From a virus (lineage: Duplodnaviria > Heunggongvirae > Uroviricota > Caudoviricetes): DNA of 64,000 bases. A program made the translations under genes and the position numbers. Below, piece by piece: positions 1 to 9,320 of the stretch. The notes beneath the pieces are model-generated. The model worked only from the letters and a program-made list of their open reading frames with translations, did not search any database and was not told the DNA's origin. The stretch's first letter is position 1; every line of letters begins with the position of its first letter. The stretch lies in IMG/VR virus record IMGVR_UViG_3300034357_000765, one strand, 5' to 3'.

Positions 1-689
1 TTTCCATAGACATTTGAATTACTATTTGTCTGAACGAACGCGAATTCGTCTTCTGATTCATCCCATATCATAGCCTGAGTTGCACCAGTTCCTCTATTTA
101 CAAAAAAACCAGCATCAAAAGATGGTGTTCCTGTCTGTCCATCTGCCAGTACAATGATAGGATCTTTTACTATAAGATTCTCAGAACCTATCGTCGATGT
201 AGTTCCGATTACTCTCAGATTTCCGTTTATTGTAAGTGTCGAACCATCAAAAGTAAGATTTTCTTGAGCTACAGACTTATAAGAAGTTCCATCAGAAACC
301 AACAATCTTCCTGTTCCTTCGTTGGAGATAGTATCATATACGTCAAGCATGAAAGTGCTTGAGTTCAAAACAGTTGATGGTGTGAATAATGCCCAGGTTG
401 ATGCAGTGCCACTCATGAGTTGGTCAGGAGAATCGAAAGGAGCGGTGGCTGTATAGTAGTAGTCTCCATCTATACAGACATATGTATTGCCATTGTATTT
501 GACTGCATCCATCATATAGTAATTCATATCCTGGTCCCAGTCACCTGTCCAAAGAATCGATATATTACTGGTCGTAGCTCCAAATGGATTCAGTAGACTT
601 CCATATCCATCGTAAAAAGATCCGTTTATAGTCTGTACCAGTCTACCATAGGTAGAAGAAACTGTCGCTCCCGTCAAATTGTAGTTCAT
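1..689 (-). CDS. Tail fibre/virion structural protein, truncated at the left window edge
   Basis: Manual translation from ATG at 689: MNYNLTGATVSSTYGRLVQ...WTGDWDQDMNYYMMDAVKYNGNTYVC...NLIVKDPIIVLADGQTG...DAGFFVNRG. The frame is open to base 1, S/T/G-rich and fibre-like. It is absent from the ORF track because it has no stop in the window. Confidence 0.7.
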   Translation of the reverse strand, partial: MNYNLTGATVSSTYGRLVQTINGSFYDGYGSLLNPFGATTSNISILWTGDWDQDMNYYMMDAVKYNGNTYVCIDGDYYYTATAPFDSPDQLMSGTASTWALFTPSTVLNSSTFMLDVYDTISNEGTGRLLVSDGTSYKSVAQENLTFDGSTLTINGNLRVIGTTSTIGSENLIVKDPIIVLADGQTGTPSFDAGFFVNRGTGATQAMIWDESEDEFAFVQTNSNSNVYG

Positions 690-759
690 ATGAGTATATA
701 TTAAGTATCATGAATCCCAACATGAGATATTTAATATATAATGAAATTTATAAAACAAA

Positions 760-1161
760 ATGCCGATTAAATATTCACCACTACTAAATAGTGATTTGAA
801 CTGGACTGACGAAGAAGTCGCTACTGGTAAGAAATGGCTTAAATGGGAAGAGATGACAATCAATTGGGAAAATGTCAATCTTACCTGGGATGAGATATTT
901 ATTCTATTAGAAGTAGAACAACTTATAAGAAAAGGTGGAGGTGGTGGCTCTGGAATGAAGGAATACGTCGATGGTAATCCTTGGATGCAGGTTAAAAAAG
1001 AAATTGGTGATGAAAAGACTAAAAAACTAATTAAGGTATTCTGTCGAGTAAAGGGAATAGAATATGAAGAGTCTCGATCTCCTATAGATGATATAAAAGT
1101 TTCTGTAAACGAATTTGAAAGATTCATAAAGGAAGCAGTTAGTGTAAAAATTGATTTTTAA
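760..1161 (+). CDS. Hypothetical protein
   Basis: 133-aa ORF with Trp-rich N-terminal repeats (LNWT/INWE/LTWD), preceded by a TAATATATAA motif. Confidence 0.7.
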   Translation: MPIKYSPLLNSDLNWTDEEVATGKKWLKWEEMTINWENVNLTWDEIFILLEVEQLIRKGGGGGSGMKEYVDGNPWMQVKKEIGDEKTKKLIKVFCRVKGIEYEESRSPIDDIKVSVNEFERFIKEAVSVKIDF

Positions 1162-1177
1162 AAATAATATATAAGTT

Positions 1178-1996
1178 ATGGAAAAAGATATATTCAAATT
1201 TGATGATTTTGTGACTGGTGGAAAACTAGACGATTTACAAAAGATGAAGTCCAATCTTGTAAAAGAAGGATTGTTCTCAGACCGAGAAGGATACAATGAT
1301 GAAGAAGATGACGATAGTGGTATATTCGCAGGTCATATTCAAAGACAAGATGGTGAAGATGATGAAGAGATAAACCAGGAATTCAATCCTTATAAAGTTC
1401 CTTCTTCAGAAATAGAAGATGAGGATGATGATGATTTTGGATTTGAATCTCCATTTTGCAAACCTTGTGAAGGTACAGGTTGTGAAGAATGTGATGGAAG
1501 TGGAATGAAAAGAAATCCGGTTGTAAACAATGATTATAAAGACCGAAGTATGCACAATCCATACTATGATGAAGATGATAACGAGGAACTTGAAGACTTA
1601 GATGAATCAAAATCCGAATCAGAAGAATACTACAAACTTTTCAAAGACAAAGCAGAAGATTTCGTATGCGACATCGCAGTTGAAGGTGTAAATCAAAACG
1701 ATACTGAAGTAAGACTTATTATTGAATCTGAAGATTGGACACTTATGTTTGTTGGTGAGATAAAGAAAGGTAAATGTATAATTCCTATCAAAAAACTTGG
1801 TATCTTCAACGAAGGACAAACAGGAAACATTAAGTTAGAAGTAAATGCAGACGGAAATCTATTCACACCATGGGAAGATAAGTTTGTTGTTAAAGTATCT
1901 AAAAAGGTAACTGTAAAACTAAACGAAAGTAAAAGTTCAAAACCTAAGGCTCCTGTCAAAAAAAGTCTTGGAGTTAAGGTAAACGTAAGAAAATAA
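1178..1996 (+). CDS. Acidic protein with DnaJ-type Zn-finger motif; candidate head-internal protein
   Basis: CKPCEGTGCEECDGSG (CxxCxGxG); D/E-rich; N-terminus IFKFDDFV resembles the recurring capsid-targeting-like motif. Confidence 0.7.
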   Translation: MEKDIFKFDDFVTGGKLDDLQKMKSNLVKEGLFSDREGYNDEEDDDSGIFAGHIQRQDGEDDEEINQEFNPYKVPSSEIEDEDDDDFGFESPFCKPCEGTGCEECDGSGMKRNPVVNNDYKDRSMHNPYYDEDDNEELEDLDESKSESEEYYKLFKDKAEDFVCDIAVEGVNQNDTEVRLIIESEDWTLMFVGEIKKGKCIIPIKKLGIFNEGQTGNIKLEVNADGNLFTPWEDKFVVKVSKKVTVKLNESKSSKPKAPVKKSLGVKVNVRK

Positions 1997-2029
1997 AAAA
2001 AAAGAGAGTCATTTGACTCTCTTTTTTTT
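1996..2029. terminator. Bidirectional intrinsic terminator
   Basis: A-run + GAGAGTCA-TT-TGACTCTC + T-run between convergent genes. Confidence 0.85.
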
Positions 2030-2984
2030 ATCTGAACTTTAAAAATCCATTTTCGGTAAACTTACTTCTATTTTCTTCATTGACTAAAAAGTACTTTCTT
2101 CCAACTATCTCATCATTCTGATACATCACTACCGATATTTCGGCATTGTTCTCAACAAACCTATAAGACCAGCACCCCGGTTCGGTTATGTTATCAACAT
2201 CATTTACTTTAAAATTGACCGTCTTCGCTCCAAAGTTCTTTAAGAAAAGAATGAATTGATTGTTTAGGTTGTTTGTTATCACAACACAAAGGTTGTCGGA
2301 TCCAGAGTATTTGTTTATTAAGCTGTTTTTAAAAAAAATCTCGCTACTCTCATCTATAACCAAAAGTCTTTCCTTTTCTAAAAACTTTTTATAGAAGGTC
2401 ATTTCCAGTGATTCAGAAAGAAAAGAACCGTTTTCAGAAAGCCATTCTACATACTCTTCCACAGTTAGTGGTAACTTTATACTATTCATAAAATACTCTG
2501 GTGATCCTCCAAATATCAATGTCTCATAAAAGTTATAAGTAACCTCTTTACTTTTAAAGAATATCATTTTTTTATCTTCTTCTTTCATTTTGGACTGAAG
2601 ATTATCTAATAATATGACATCTTCCTCATGAAGAAGATTGTCTGCTTCCATAAAAAAGAAGAAATCGTATCCTAAAGACTTTGCAGTTGATATACCATTA
2701 TACATATTCTTACATATAGTAATACCATGTCCTTGTGCATTTACTTGTAGGTAAAATGATTCATTAGACATCCAACTATATGGCGTTAGATTGTATGGCA
2801 TTAAAATATTTTCTTTGTCATAAATATAATAATCCACCTTTTCTTGAATATCCAATGGAACAGGATAGTGTGATACTATCATAAGGTCATATCCCTTACC
2901 TGACAATCTATCTACACATTCGTTTAGACAATCTATATGTTCCTCTGCTTTTGGATATGTGTCTATTATTATCAACTTTTTCAT
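2028..2984 (-). CDS. Glycosylation-locus protein, possible GT-A-like fold
   Basis: Last gene of the GT operon; has IVSHYP and FFMEADN (DxD-like) motifs. Confidence 0.55.
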   Translation of the reverse strand: MKKLIIIDTYPKAEEHIDCLNECVDRLSGKGYDLMIVSHYPVPLDIQEKVDYYIYDKENILMPYNLTPYSWMSNESFYLQVNAQGHGITICKNMYNGISTAKSLGYDFFFFMEADNLLHEEDVILLDNLQSKMKEEDKKMIFFKSKEVTYNFYETLIFGGSPEYFMNSIKLPLTVEEYVEWLSENGSFLSESLEMTFYKKFLEKERLLVIDESSEIFFKNSLINKYSGSDNLCVVITNNLNNQFILFLKNFGAKTVNFKVNDVDNITEPGCWSYRFVENNAEISVVMYQNDEIVGRKYFLVNEENRSKFTENGFLKFR

Positions 2985-3365
2985 TTAATACACCTTATAT
3001 CCTTTTTGTTCTTGAACTCCAGAGTTTGTTATTTGGTTTATTTGGTTCTTTAACTTAAATCTAAGGTCGTTGGTCATGTATACCAGCCTGGCCTTTTGTA
3101 CAAACTCATCATCGAATCTTTTCTGTGACTCTAAATCTCTCAAATCGTCTTCGATTATCCAAAGCTTCAAATTTACATCAATGAGTTCGTCAAACAAATC
3201 TTTCACTTCTTTAGAATCAAGATAATGTTTTGATTTCTCTTCTAATATATCATACTCTTTCCCTATGTGAACAAGTTTTTCAGGATCTGAAATACGATTC
3301 TTTTTAATACTCAATATTGTCAGTTTGTCCAATATCTCACCTATACTTACTTCTACTAAAATCAT
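2985..3365 (-). CDS. DUF6165-like small protein
   Basis: VEVSIGEILDKLTILSIK...LWIIEDDLR...ARLVYMTNDLRFKLKNQIN pattern. The start was moved to the internal ATG (MILVEV) to avoid overlapping the upstream gene. Confidence 0.65.
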   Translation of the reverse strand: MILVEVSIGEILDKLTILSIKKNRISDPEKLVHIGKEYDILEEKSKHYLDSKEVKDLFDELIDVNLKLWIIEDDLRDLESQKRFDDEFVQKARLVYMTNDLRFKLKNQINQITNSGVQEQKGYKVY

Positions 3366-3378
3366 ACTTTTATTGTTT

Positions 3379-5400
3379 TTATAATGTTTGTAAAGATTTA
3401 ACTTTTTCATTTTTGACTTTCATATACTCAACAACTTTATCAAGAACATCTTTATCTTTTATTCCATGATATAACATTATTTTAGATGAGTTGTCACATC
3501 TTAAAAGATCACTTCCCATTATTCCGTTGTTTATTTTAGGATCTCCTTTTATATCGTCGTTTTTCTCAACATATTCAAAAGGTTCAAACTCTAAAGTATT
3601 TAGATATACTCTTCCAAGGTTTTTTGTCGCGTTTCTTTTCCAAAGAACTACATTTATGGCAGTCTCATCAGGAAACGGGAAAAATACTTTTCTCTTTGAA
3701 AGAAGATACTGATTATCACATATAGATTTCCACTCCATTATAAAGTCTCTACATCTTTCAGAAAAGCTTATTATGTTGGAATAAACATATTCCATTGATC
3801 TTTCAGATACTCCAAAATACTTCATCAAAGCACCCTCGTCATATCTTTGTGTTCCTTCAAACGCATAAGGATAAGACCAGTTACCATTTGCCAATAACGG
3901 ATAATCGTTTTTATTCTCAAAGTAATTAATATCAAATCTTCTACCTACTATGATATCAGTATCTAAGAAAAGTGCTTTTCCACCAAATCTATCCAAATGC
4001 TCTAATATAATGTTTGGTTTGTAAAACTCAAAAGTTCTATATCCCGTAGGCTTGCTCGCATCGATAGGTATCTCGATTTTAGTAAGTCTTTCATGTTCTA
4101 TAGAAGACTCAAATCCTATAGTGTAATAAAACATTTTAATGTCTTCTTCCGTGTTCATCAATATCGATTCCACCAATGATTTGGCTTGATACTCGTAGTT
4201 TGCGTCGGAATAGAATATGATAGACTTTATAGTGTCCTTTACAATCTTTTCTCCGCCTAAAAGTCCGTTTGATATCATAGATTCGATGACCATCTCCGGT
4301 GTTATCGATTTGCTACATTCGAATTGTCTTGGAGTTCCTTTGTGGTCAGGACACCAGTTCCAATCTCCTGGATCAAATTTATGTCTAGCCCAACAATCGT
4401 TACAAACACTTTTTTCTATTATTCTTATTACATTGTCTGTGGGTTCCATATACTCTCCTGTAAATCCAGATATAAGTACTACCGGTATATTCACCGCCCA
4501 AGCAAGCCAACTAAGTCCACTACTTATTCCAATAAAGAACTCACAAGAGTAAAGATTATCAATCAAATCATCAAATGAGTTTTCTGGAAGTTTAATAACT
4601 CCTTTTGGATAAAAGTTACCCATATAACCATCTGCCTCTTTAGACATCATAACTACTTCATAACCCTGTAGTAACAAAAAGTCTGTTAACTCTTGCCATC
4701 CTGTTGGGTTGTTCCAATACTTCGTCTGTGCAGTCGAATGCATTCCGATACCAACTCTTTTCTTTTTCTTTTCTACTCGTGATGGTCTCAATATTGGTCT
4801 AATCTCAGAGTATTCCAATCCAAGTATATCTGTAGCCATTTCTAACAATGAAATCTTTGTAGGATTTTTTCTATGCTTACTATAATCAATTTTTTCATTC
4901 ATAAAGAATAAACCTATTCTATAGGTTGCATATATTTCAGGCACGTTTGTTCCTGGTGATACAAACTCAAGATCAGGATATTGGTCTATAAAAAGATTGT
5001 TGTGGAATGTTGAACAAACTACAGTACATTTCCACTTTTTTCTAAATTCGTCAATATAAGGAAACCAAGCCATAGTATCACCAAGTGATTTTGATTCGAG
5101 TGTTATATAAACTCTTTTGCCTGTAGGATTGTACTTTTCAACAAAGACTATTTTACCCGATTCGTCCTTTACGGTACATGTGTATTCTTCTACATATTTT
5201 TTACTGGTTCTACACCACATATTTGATCCAATCTCAGTAGAGTATTCAATCTGACCTTTTGAGTTGGTAAATTCAACTTTGAATTTTCTTTCAAGTTCCG
5301 ACTGAACTTCTAAATAAGCACCTTCGTTGTAGTTGCATATAAATTTTATAGGATTTACATCCTTTATTGGATTAGGATTTTTTTTCAATGCTTTATACAT
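3379..5400 (-). CDS. TibC/AAH-like protein O-heptosyltransferase fused to a C-terminal GT-A (GT8-like) domain
   Basis: SLGDTMAWFPY, HSTAQTKYWNNPTGWQEL, FIGISSGLSWLAWA, and Cys cluster CNDCW..WNWCP..FECSKSI typical of this family. The C-terminal domain has LFLDTDII (DxD) and FPDETAIN. Confidence 0.75.
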   Translation of the reverse strand: MYKALKKNPNPIKDVNPIKFICNYNEGAYLEVQSELERKFKVEFTNSKGQIEYSTEIGSNMWCRTSKKYVEEYTCTVKDESGKIVFVEKYNPTGKRVYITLESKSLGDTMAWFPYIDEFRKKWKCTVVCSTFHNNLFIDQYPDLEFVSPGTNVPEIYATYRIGLFFMNEKIDYSKHRKNPTKISLLEMATDILGLEYSEIRPILRPSRVEKKKKRVGIGMHSTAQTKYWNNPTGWQELTDFLLLQGYEVVMMSKEADGYMGNFYPKGVIKLPENSFDDLIDNLYSCEFFIGISSGLSWLAWAVNIPVVLISGFTGEYMEPTDNVIRIIEKSVCNDCWARHKFDPGDWNWCPDHKGTPRQFECSKSITPEMVIESMISNGLLGGEKIVKDTIKSIIFYSDANYEYQAKSLVESILMNTEEDIKMFYYTIGFESSIEHERLTKIEIPIDASKPTGYRTFEFYKPNIILEHLDRFGGKALFLDTDIIVGRRFDINYFENKNDYPLLANGNWSYPYAFEGTQRYDEGALMKYFGVSERSMEYVYSNIISFSERCRDFIMEWKSICDNQYLLSKRKVFFPFPDETAINVVLWKRNATKNLGRVYLNTLEFEPFEYVEKNDDIKGDPKINNGIMGSDLLRCDNSSKIMLYHGIKDKDVLDKVVEYMKVKNEKVKSLQTL

Positions 5401-6331
5401 ATCTTAATATATTCTTTTTATTTTCAGATTTGTCACCTACTATATAGGTTACTTTCTCATCATACATGTTTTTGTATGTGTGTAACTTTTTTATGAATGT
5501 AGGTAAGTTATAACTCAAAGCCTCTTTCACTGCCAAAGGACTTAATTCAAAGTTGGAAGTAAAGTAAAAAAGGTCTGCGGCTTTGTAGAACTTATCTACG
5601 TCGTTTCGTTCTCCATGAACAATACAATTTTTAGGTATTGATTCCATAATAGGACCCCAATAGTCTTTGAAGTTTACTGCTTGATTTCCTACGAAATGAA
5701 ACATAACCTTTTCATTTTCGAATTCTTTTGCTAGTTCAAAAAGCTCACCTTGATTTTTACCTCTTGTAAATAAACCAACATTCAAAATATGTTTGTAGTC
5801 TTTGTTCCAACCTAGCTCTTCTTTTGCAGAATCTTTGTCATATTCATATTTCTCAATAGGATACTCCCAGACCTCACACTCAATCTCACCTTTGAAGAAT
5901 TTATCAAAGACATCTTTACTCCATTCAGAAACAAGAACATATCTATCTGCAGTATATTTTATAGTAGATGGATTAGTGGTTGACGAATGTGTCGTCACTA
6001 CTATATGATAGTCTCTATCTGCAGAATAGATGTTGTTTAGTATTCCAACATTGACAAACGTTTCTGGTATTTCATGAAAATGAACTATATCTGGTTCGAC
6101 ATCAGACAAAATACTCAGAAGTTCTGTTTTATTTAAACTAAGACTATAAAACTTAGAACCAAGAATACTTTCTACTGCATTTCTTTGAACGACATATACT
6201 CCACCTGTTATATTTTCCCATTCTACAAGAGATATGTCGTATTCCTCTTTTAGAATCTCTATCTGTTTTAAAACGAATTGTGGCATTCCTCCTGTGGAAA
6301 GATGAGGCACAATAAATAGCAGTTTCTTCAT
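5393..6331 (-). CDS. GT-B glycosyltransferase (GT4-like)
   Basis: PHLSTGGMPQ, NVGLFTRGKNQ, FYKAADLFYFTSNFELSPLAVKEALS (E-x7-E motif). Confidence 0.85.
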   Translation of the reverse strand: MKKLLFIVPHLSTGGMPQFVLKQIEILKEEYDISLVEWENITGGVYVVQRNAVESILGSKFYSLSLNKTELLSILSDVEPDIVHFHEIPETFVNVGILNNIYSADRDYHIVVTTHSSTTNPSTIKYTADRYVLVSEWSKDVFDKFFKGEIECEVWEYPIEKYEYDKDSAKEELGWNKDYKHILNVGLFTRGKNQGELFELAKEFENEKVMFHFVGNQAVNFKDYWGPIMESIPKNCIVHGERNDVDKFYKAADLFYFTSNFELSPLAVKEALSYNLPTFIKKLHTYKNMYDEKVTYIVGDKSENKKNILRYV

Positions 6332-6421
6332 ATGACATTATATATGTACCCGACATGTTTGTTTAAAAAAGCACCATATCAATTTTATATATATAACCTA
6401 TTGATAAAAAACAAAAATCAA

Positions 6422-7792
6422 ATGGAAGACTATAACAAAAATATGGGAAAACTGATAAATCTTAACGAAACCGAAAGTCAAACTTTGTTAGACGAAATTT
6501 TCGCAAACGAAATAGTTGTATTCGAAGACGTTCAAGGATCAAAAATCTGGGCAAACTGGAATGGAAAAGACTTTTCTATCAAACCAAAGTCTATAAGCAA
6601 TCAAGAAATAAATCTTGTCGATTTGGCAATGCAGAATTATTACAATCCTGCAATAGATTATCTTAACTCTTTAGATATAAGAGTAAAATCTCTTTTGAAC
6701 AAAAAATGGTGGTTTTGTTTTGAATACTTTCCGGACAACCAACCAGCAAACATTGAATATGAAAGAATGCCTAAGAACAAACTTGTTTTAAGTGCAATCT
6801 ATAAAAGTGGAAAGTATGATTTTATCATAGATGAGATAGACGAATATGCTAGATTGTTTGATGTAGATATGCTTCCTATAATGTTTCAAGGTGTTTTATC
6901 AGAAAGAATGATAGAAGCCATTAAATACTTCTTAAATACAAGTGAAGAAGATTTAGAATATGTTTTTGGAGAAAAAAACTTTGCTTTCTTCTTTTACAAA
7001 ATACTTAATCCTGCATCAGAAAACTCTTTCTTAATGGAAGACGAATTCCAATCAAACATTGAAAAGTTAATAATTCGATCAAAAATAAAAGATGTTTCTT
7101 TTGAACTTTTAAACCCTCTCTACACAAGAGTAAGTGATTCAAATAGCACCGACTTTGTTGAAATATACACTTTGATATTAGTGAACTTTTTGAATTTCTG
7201 TCAATCGATAGACTTAAAGGATATAAAAATGAAAGGAGAGAAAAAAGATGACATCTATATCTATTTGATGTGTAAACTTTTTAACTTCTATATTGGAGAA
7301 CTAAAACAAGACTTATTAGATTTTGAGTTTATAGTTCCTGAATTTTTTGATAAAGACAAGTTTAAGATAAACACAGAATTGATTGAAAATAAACTTACAA
7401 AAGAATACATAAACGAAAGTCCAAAACTTGAGTACATATTCAAAGTGATATTAGGTTCTTTTAACAAAAAAAGAAAAAAACCAATCGGAGTTTTTACAGA
7501 AAATACCGTAAAACTTTTAAATCTTTTCATAGATGATATCAGTAAACACATTGATAACTATCTAAATAAGATTCATGAACTTGAACTTACGAGGTCTGGT
7601 TTATTAGACTTTGGTGATTTCTTCGATATTCAATACGATACTGATGCGGAAGGTGAAGTTTATCCTGACGTATATGATGAGTTCACAAAAGGTGCTGCGA
7701 CAGACAAAAAGAAAAAAGGTAAAGGTGGTAAAGGACCTGCGATTCCTGAAGAACAAGTAGTAGAAGAAGAACCTAAAGCTCCAATCAAATAA
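6422..7792 (+). CDS. Hypothetical protein with degenerate RNA-ligase/nucleotidyltransferase-like N-terminal domain
   Basis: VFEDVQGSKIW (motif-I-like but lacking Lys), CFEYF, LPIMFQG, IEKLIIR. Start uncertain (6332, 6422 or 6443). Confidence 0.5.
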   Translation: MEDYNKNMGKLINLNETESQTLLDEIFANEIVVFEDVQGSKIWANWNGKDFSIKPKSISNQEINLVDLAMQNYYNPAIDYLNSLDIRVKSLLNKKWWFCFEYFPDNQPANIEYERMPKNKLVLSAIYKSGKYDFIIDEIDEYARLFDVDMLPIMFQGVLSERMIEAIKYFLNTSEEDLEYVFGEKNFAFFFYKILNPASENSFLMEDEFQSNIEKLIIRSKIKDVSFELLNPLYTRVSDSNSTDFVEIYTLILVNFLNFCQSIDLKDIKMKGEKKDDIYIYLMCKLFNFYIGELKQDLLDFEFIVPEFFDKDKFKINTELIENKLTKEYINESPKLEYIFKVILGSFNKKRKKPIGVFTENTVKLLNLFIDDISKHIDNYLNKIHELELTRSGLLDFGDFFDIQYDTDAEGEVYPDVYDEFTKGAATDKKKKGKGGKGPAIPEEQVVEEEPKAPIK

Positions 7793-8007
7793 TGAAATCT
7801 ATAGATTTAAAGATGACCTCTGTTGAAGTAAAAACAGAGACAAGACCTTTGCGTGCTCAATGGACCCGCGAGCTAGCGACTGATTTACAGAGTATGTATG
7901 GTATGGACCATGTCTCTGAAATAGAGGCAACTCTTATGAAAGAATGGAAGGATATTAACAGAACTTCAGGTAGAAGATCAAAGGTTCGCAAAATTTACGA
8001 ATCATGA
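7792..8007 (+). CDS. 71-aa stand-alone fragment resembling the T4-type major capsid protein (gp23) central segment
   Basis: DLKMTSVEVKTETRPLRAQWTRELATDLQSMYGMDHVSEIEATL aligns by eye to gp23 KSRQLKAAYSIELAQDLRAVHGMDADAELSGIL; C-terminal RRSKVRKIY tag. Confidence 0.65.
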   Translation: MKSIDLKMTSVEVKTETRPLRAQWTRELATDLQSMYGMDHVSEIEATLMKEWKDINRTSGRRSKVRKIYES

Positions 8008-9275
8008 AAACATATCCTGAACTAGTGGATATAAAATGTATGAGTGAAAATTCAATCGTACCATTATTCAAAATCAGTGGCTATTCCAATATCAGAAAGA
8101 AACTAGAAGACAAAAAACACAGTCTTCAGTTTTTACCAGAATCGATGGAGGAATTTTCAAAAAACAAAAACTTCGAATATAAAGGTCAAAAACTAAAGTC
8201 TTCATATGCTTTAGATATAGTCCACAACTTAATACTGAAATACTATTTCAAAAAAGACAACAGATTTCATCTCATGTCCACCATTCTCAAAGAGAAGTAC
8301 GGACACCTATACAACTACTATATGGACTATCTAATAGAAACGAAGACCATATCTATGGTCGCAAACTATAGAGCAGGTAGAAACGCCAAAGTCTATAAGA
8401 TATCAGAACACATACTTAAAGGAAAAATAAAGAGATACGTCAACAAAGACACGACTCTTTTGAAGAAGTACAAAAACAAGGTATCACAAGTAGAAGAAGA
8501 TGGAATAAAAAATGGATTAATAGACGCAGATATAAAAGCGATGCTTGTAGACGACCTATTCTATACAAAGATAGAGTTTGATAGAGCCATATTCTATTTA
8601 GATAATCTTCAACACAACGACACTGACATATATAACAGAAACAGATACTCTGTTGAATGTGTGAACGACAAACATATATTCTATCATTTTGATAGTTACG
8701 GAAGAATGCACACAAACTTCACTATATTAAAATCTTTCATTAGAAAGAACTGTCTTTTATTGGATGGTGAGGAAACACATGAGATTGACATAAAGAATAG
8801 TCAACCTTTGTTCCTTACTAAGATAATAGCAGATAGTAACTCTAAATGGGTAAACACCGAGGAGTTTGAGCTATTTAGAGACCTTACGGTAAACGGAAAC
8901 TACTACCAACACGTAATGAATCATATGAAGACAAATGATCGTCCTATGGTCAAAGAAATGACGTACAAAGTCTTATTTGGAAGAAACGTTCACAATAGCA
9001 AAGCAGACAAAGTGTTCAGAGAACTATTTCCAACTATACACAATTTCATAAAACTATACAAAAAGGAAAAAGGAGACTATAAAGTTTTGGCATATGAACT
9101 ACAAAAAGCAGAGTCTAATTTAATCTTCAATAAAATAATACGAGAAGTTAAAAATTCTTTTCCAGAAATAAAAATAGTTACTGTTCACGATAGTATAATA
9201 ATACCAAGAAATAAAAGAGATGAGGTCGAAGCCATATTCAAAACAAAGCTTTATGAGGAATTTCACCTTTTTTAA
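8004..9275 (+). CDS. Minimal family-A DNA polymerase / single-subunit-RNAP-like palm protein
   Basis: DSYGRMHT, motif A-like EIDIKNSQP, motif B-like RPMVKEMTYKVLFG, motif C TVHDS; no exonuclease motifs recognised. Confidence 0.6.
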   Translation: MKTYPELVDIKCMSENSIVPLFKISGYSNIRKKLEDKKHSLQFLPESMEEFSKNKNFEYKGQKLKSSYALDIVHNLILKYYFKKDNRFHLMSTILKEKYGHLYNYYMDYLIETKTISMVANYRAGRNAKVYKISEHILKGKIKRYVNKDTTLLKKYKNKVSQVEEDGIKNGLIDADIKAMLVDDLFYTKIEFDRAIFYLDNLQHNDTDIYNRNRYSVECVNDKHIFYHFDSYGRMHTNFTILKSFIRKNCLLLDGEETHEIDIKNSQPLFLTKIIADSNSKWVNTEEFELFRDLTVNGNYYQHVMNHMKTNDRPMVKEMTYKVLFGRNVHNSKADKVFRELFPTIHNFIKLYKKEKGDYKVLAYELQKAESNLIFNKIIREVKNSFPEIKIVTVHDSIIIPRNKRDEVEAIFKTKLYEEFHLF

Positions 9276-9320
9276 AATAATATATAAGATATACCAGAAG
9301 GAAATATTTATATATAAACT

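Noticed and set aside
708-1959. Minus-strand ORFs overlapping the 760 and 1178 genes, and similar nested antisense ORFs throughout (e.g. 28450-28985, 32697-33068, 47807-48335)
   Set aside because: Low-complexity S/F-rich translations typical of the antisense of acidic or Lys-rich genes; no independent signals.
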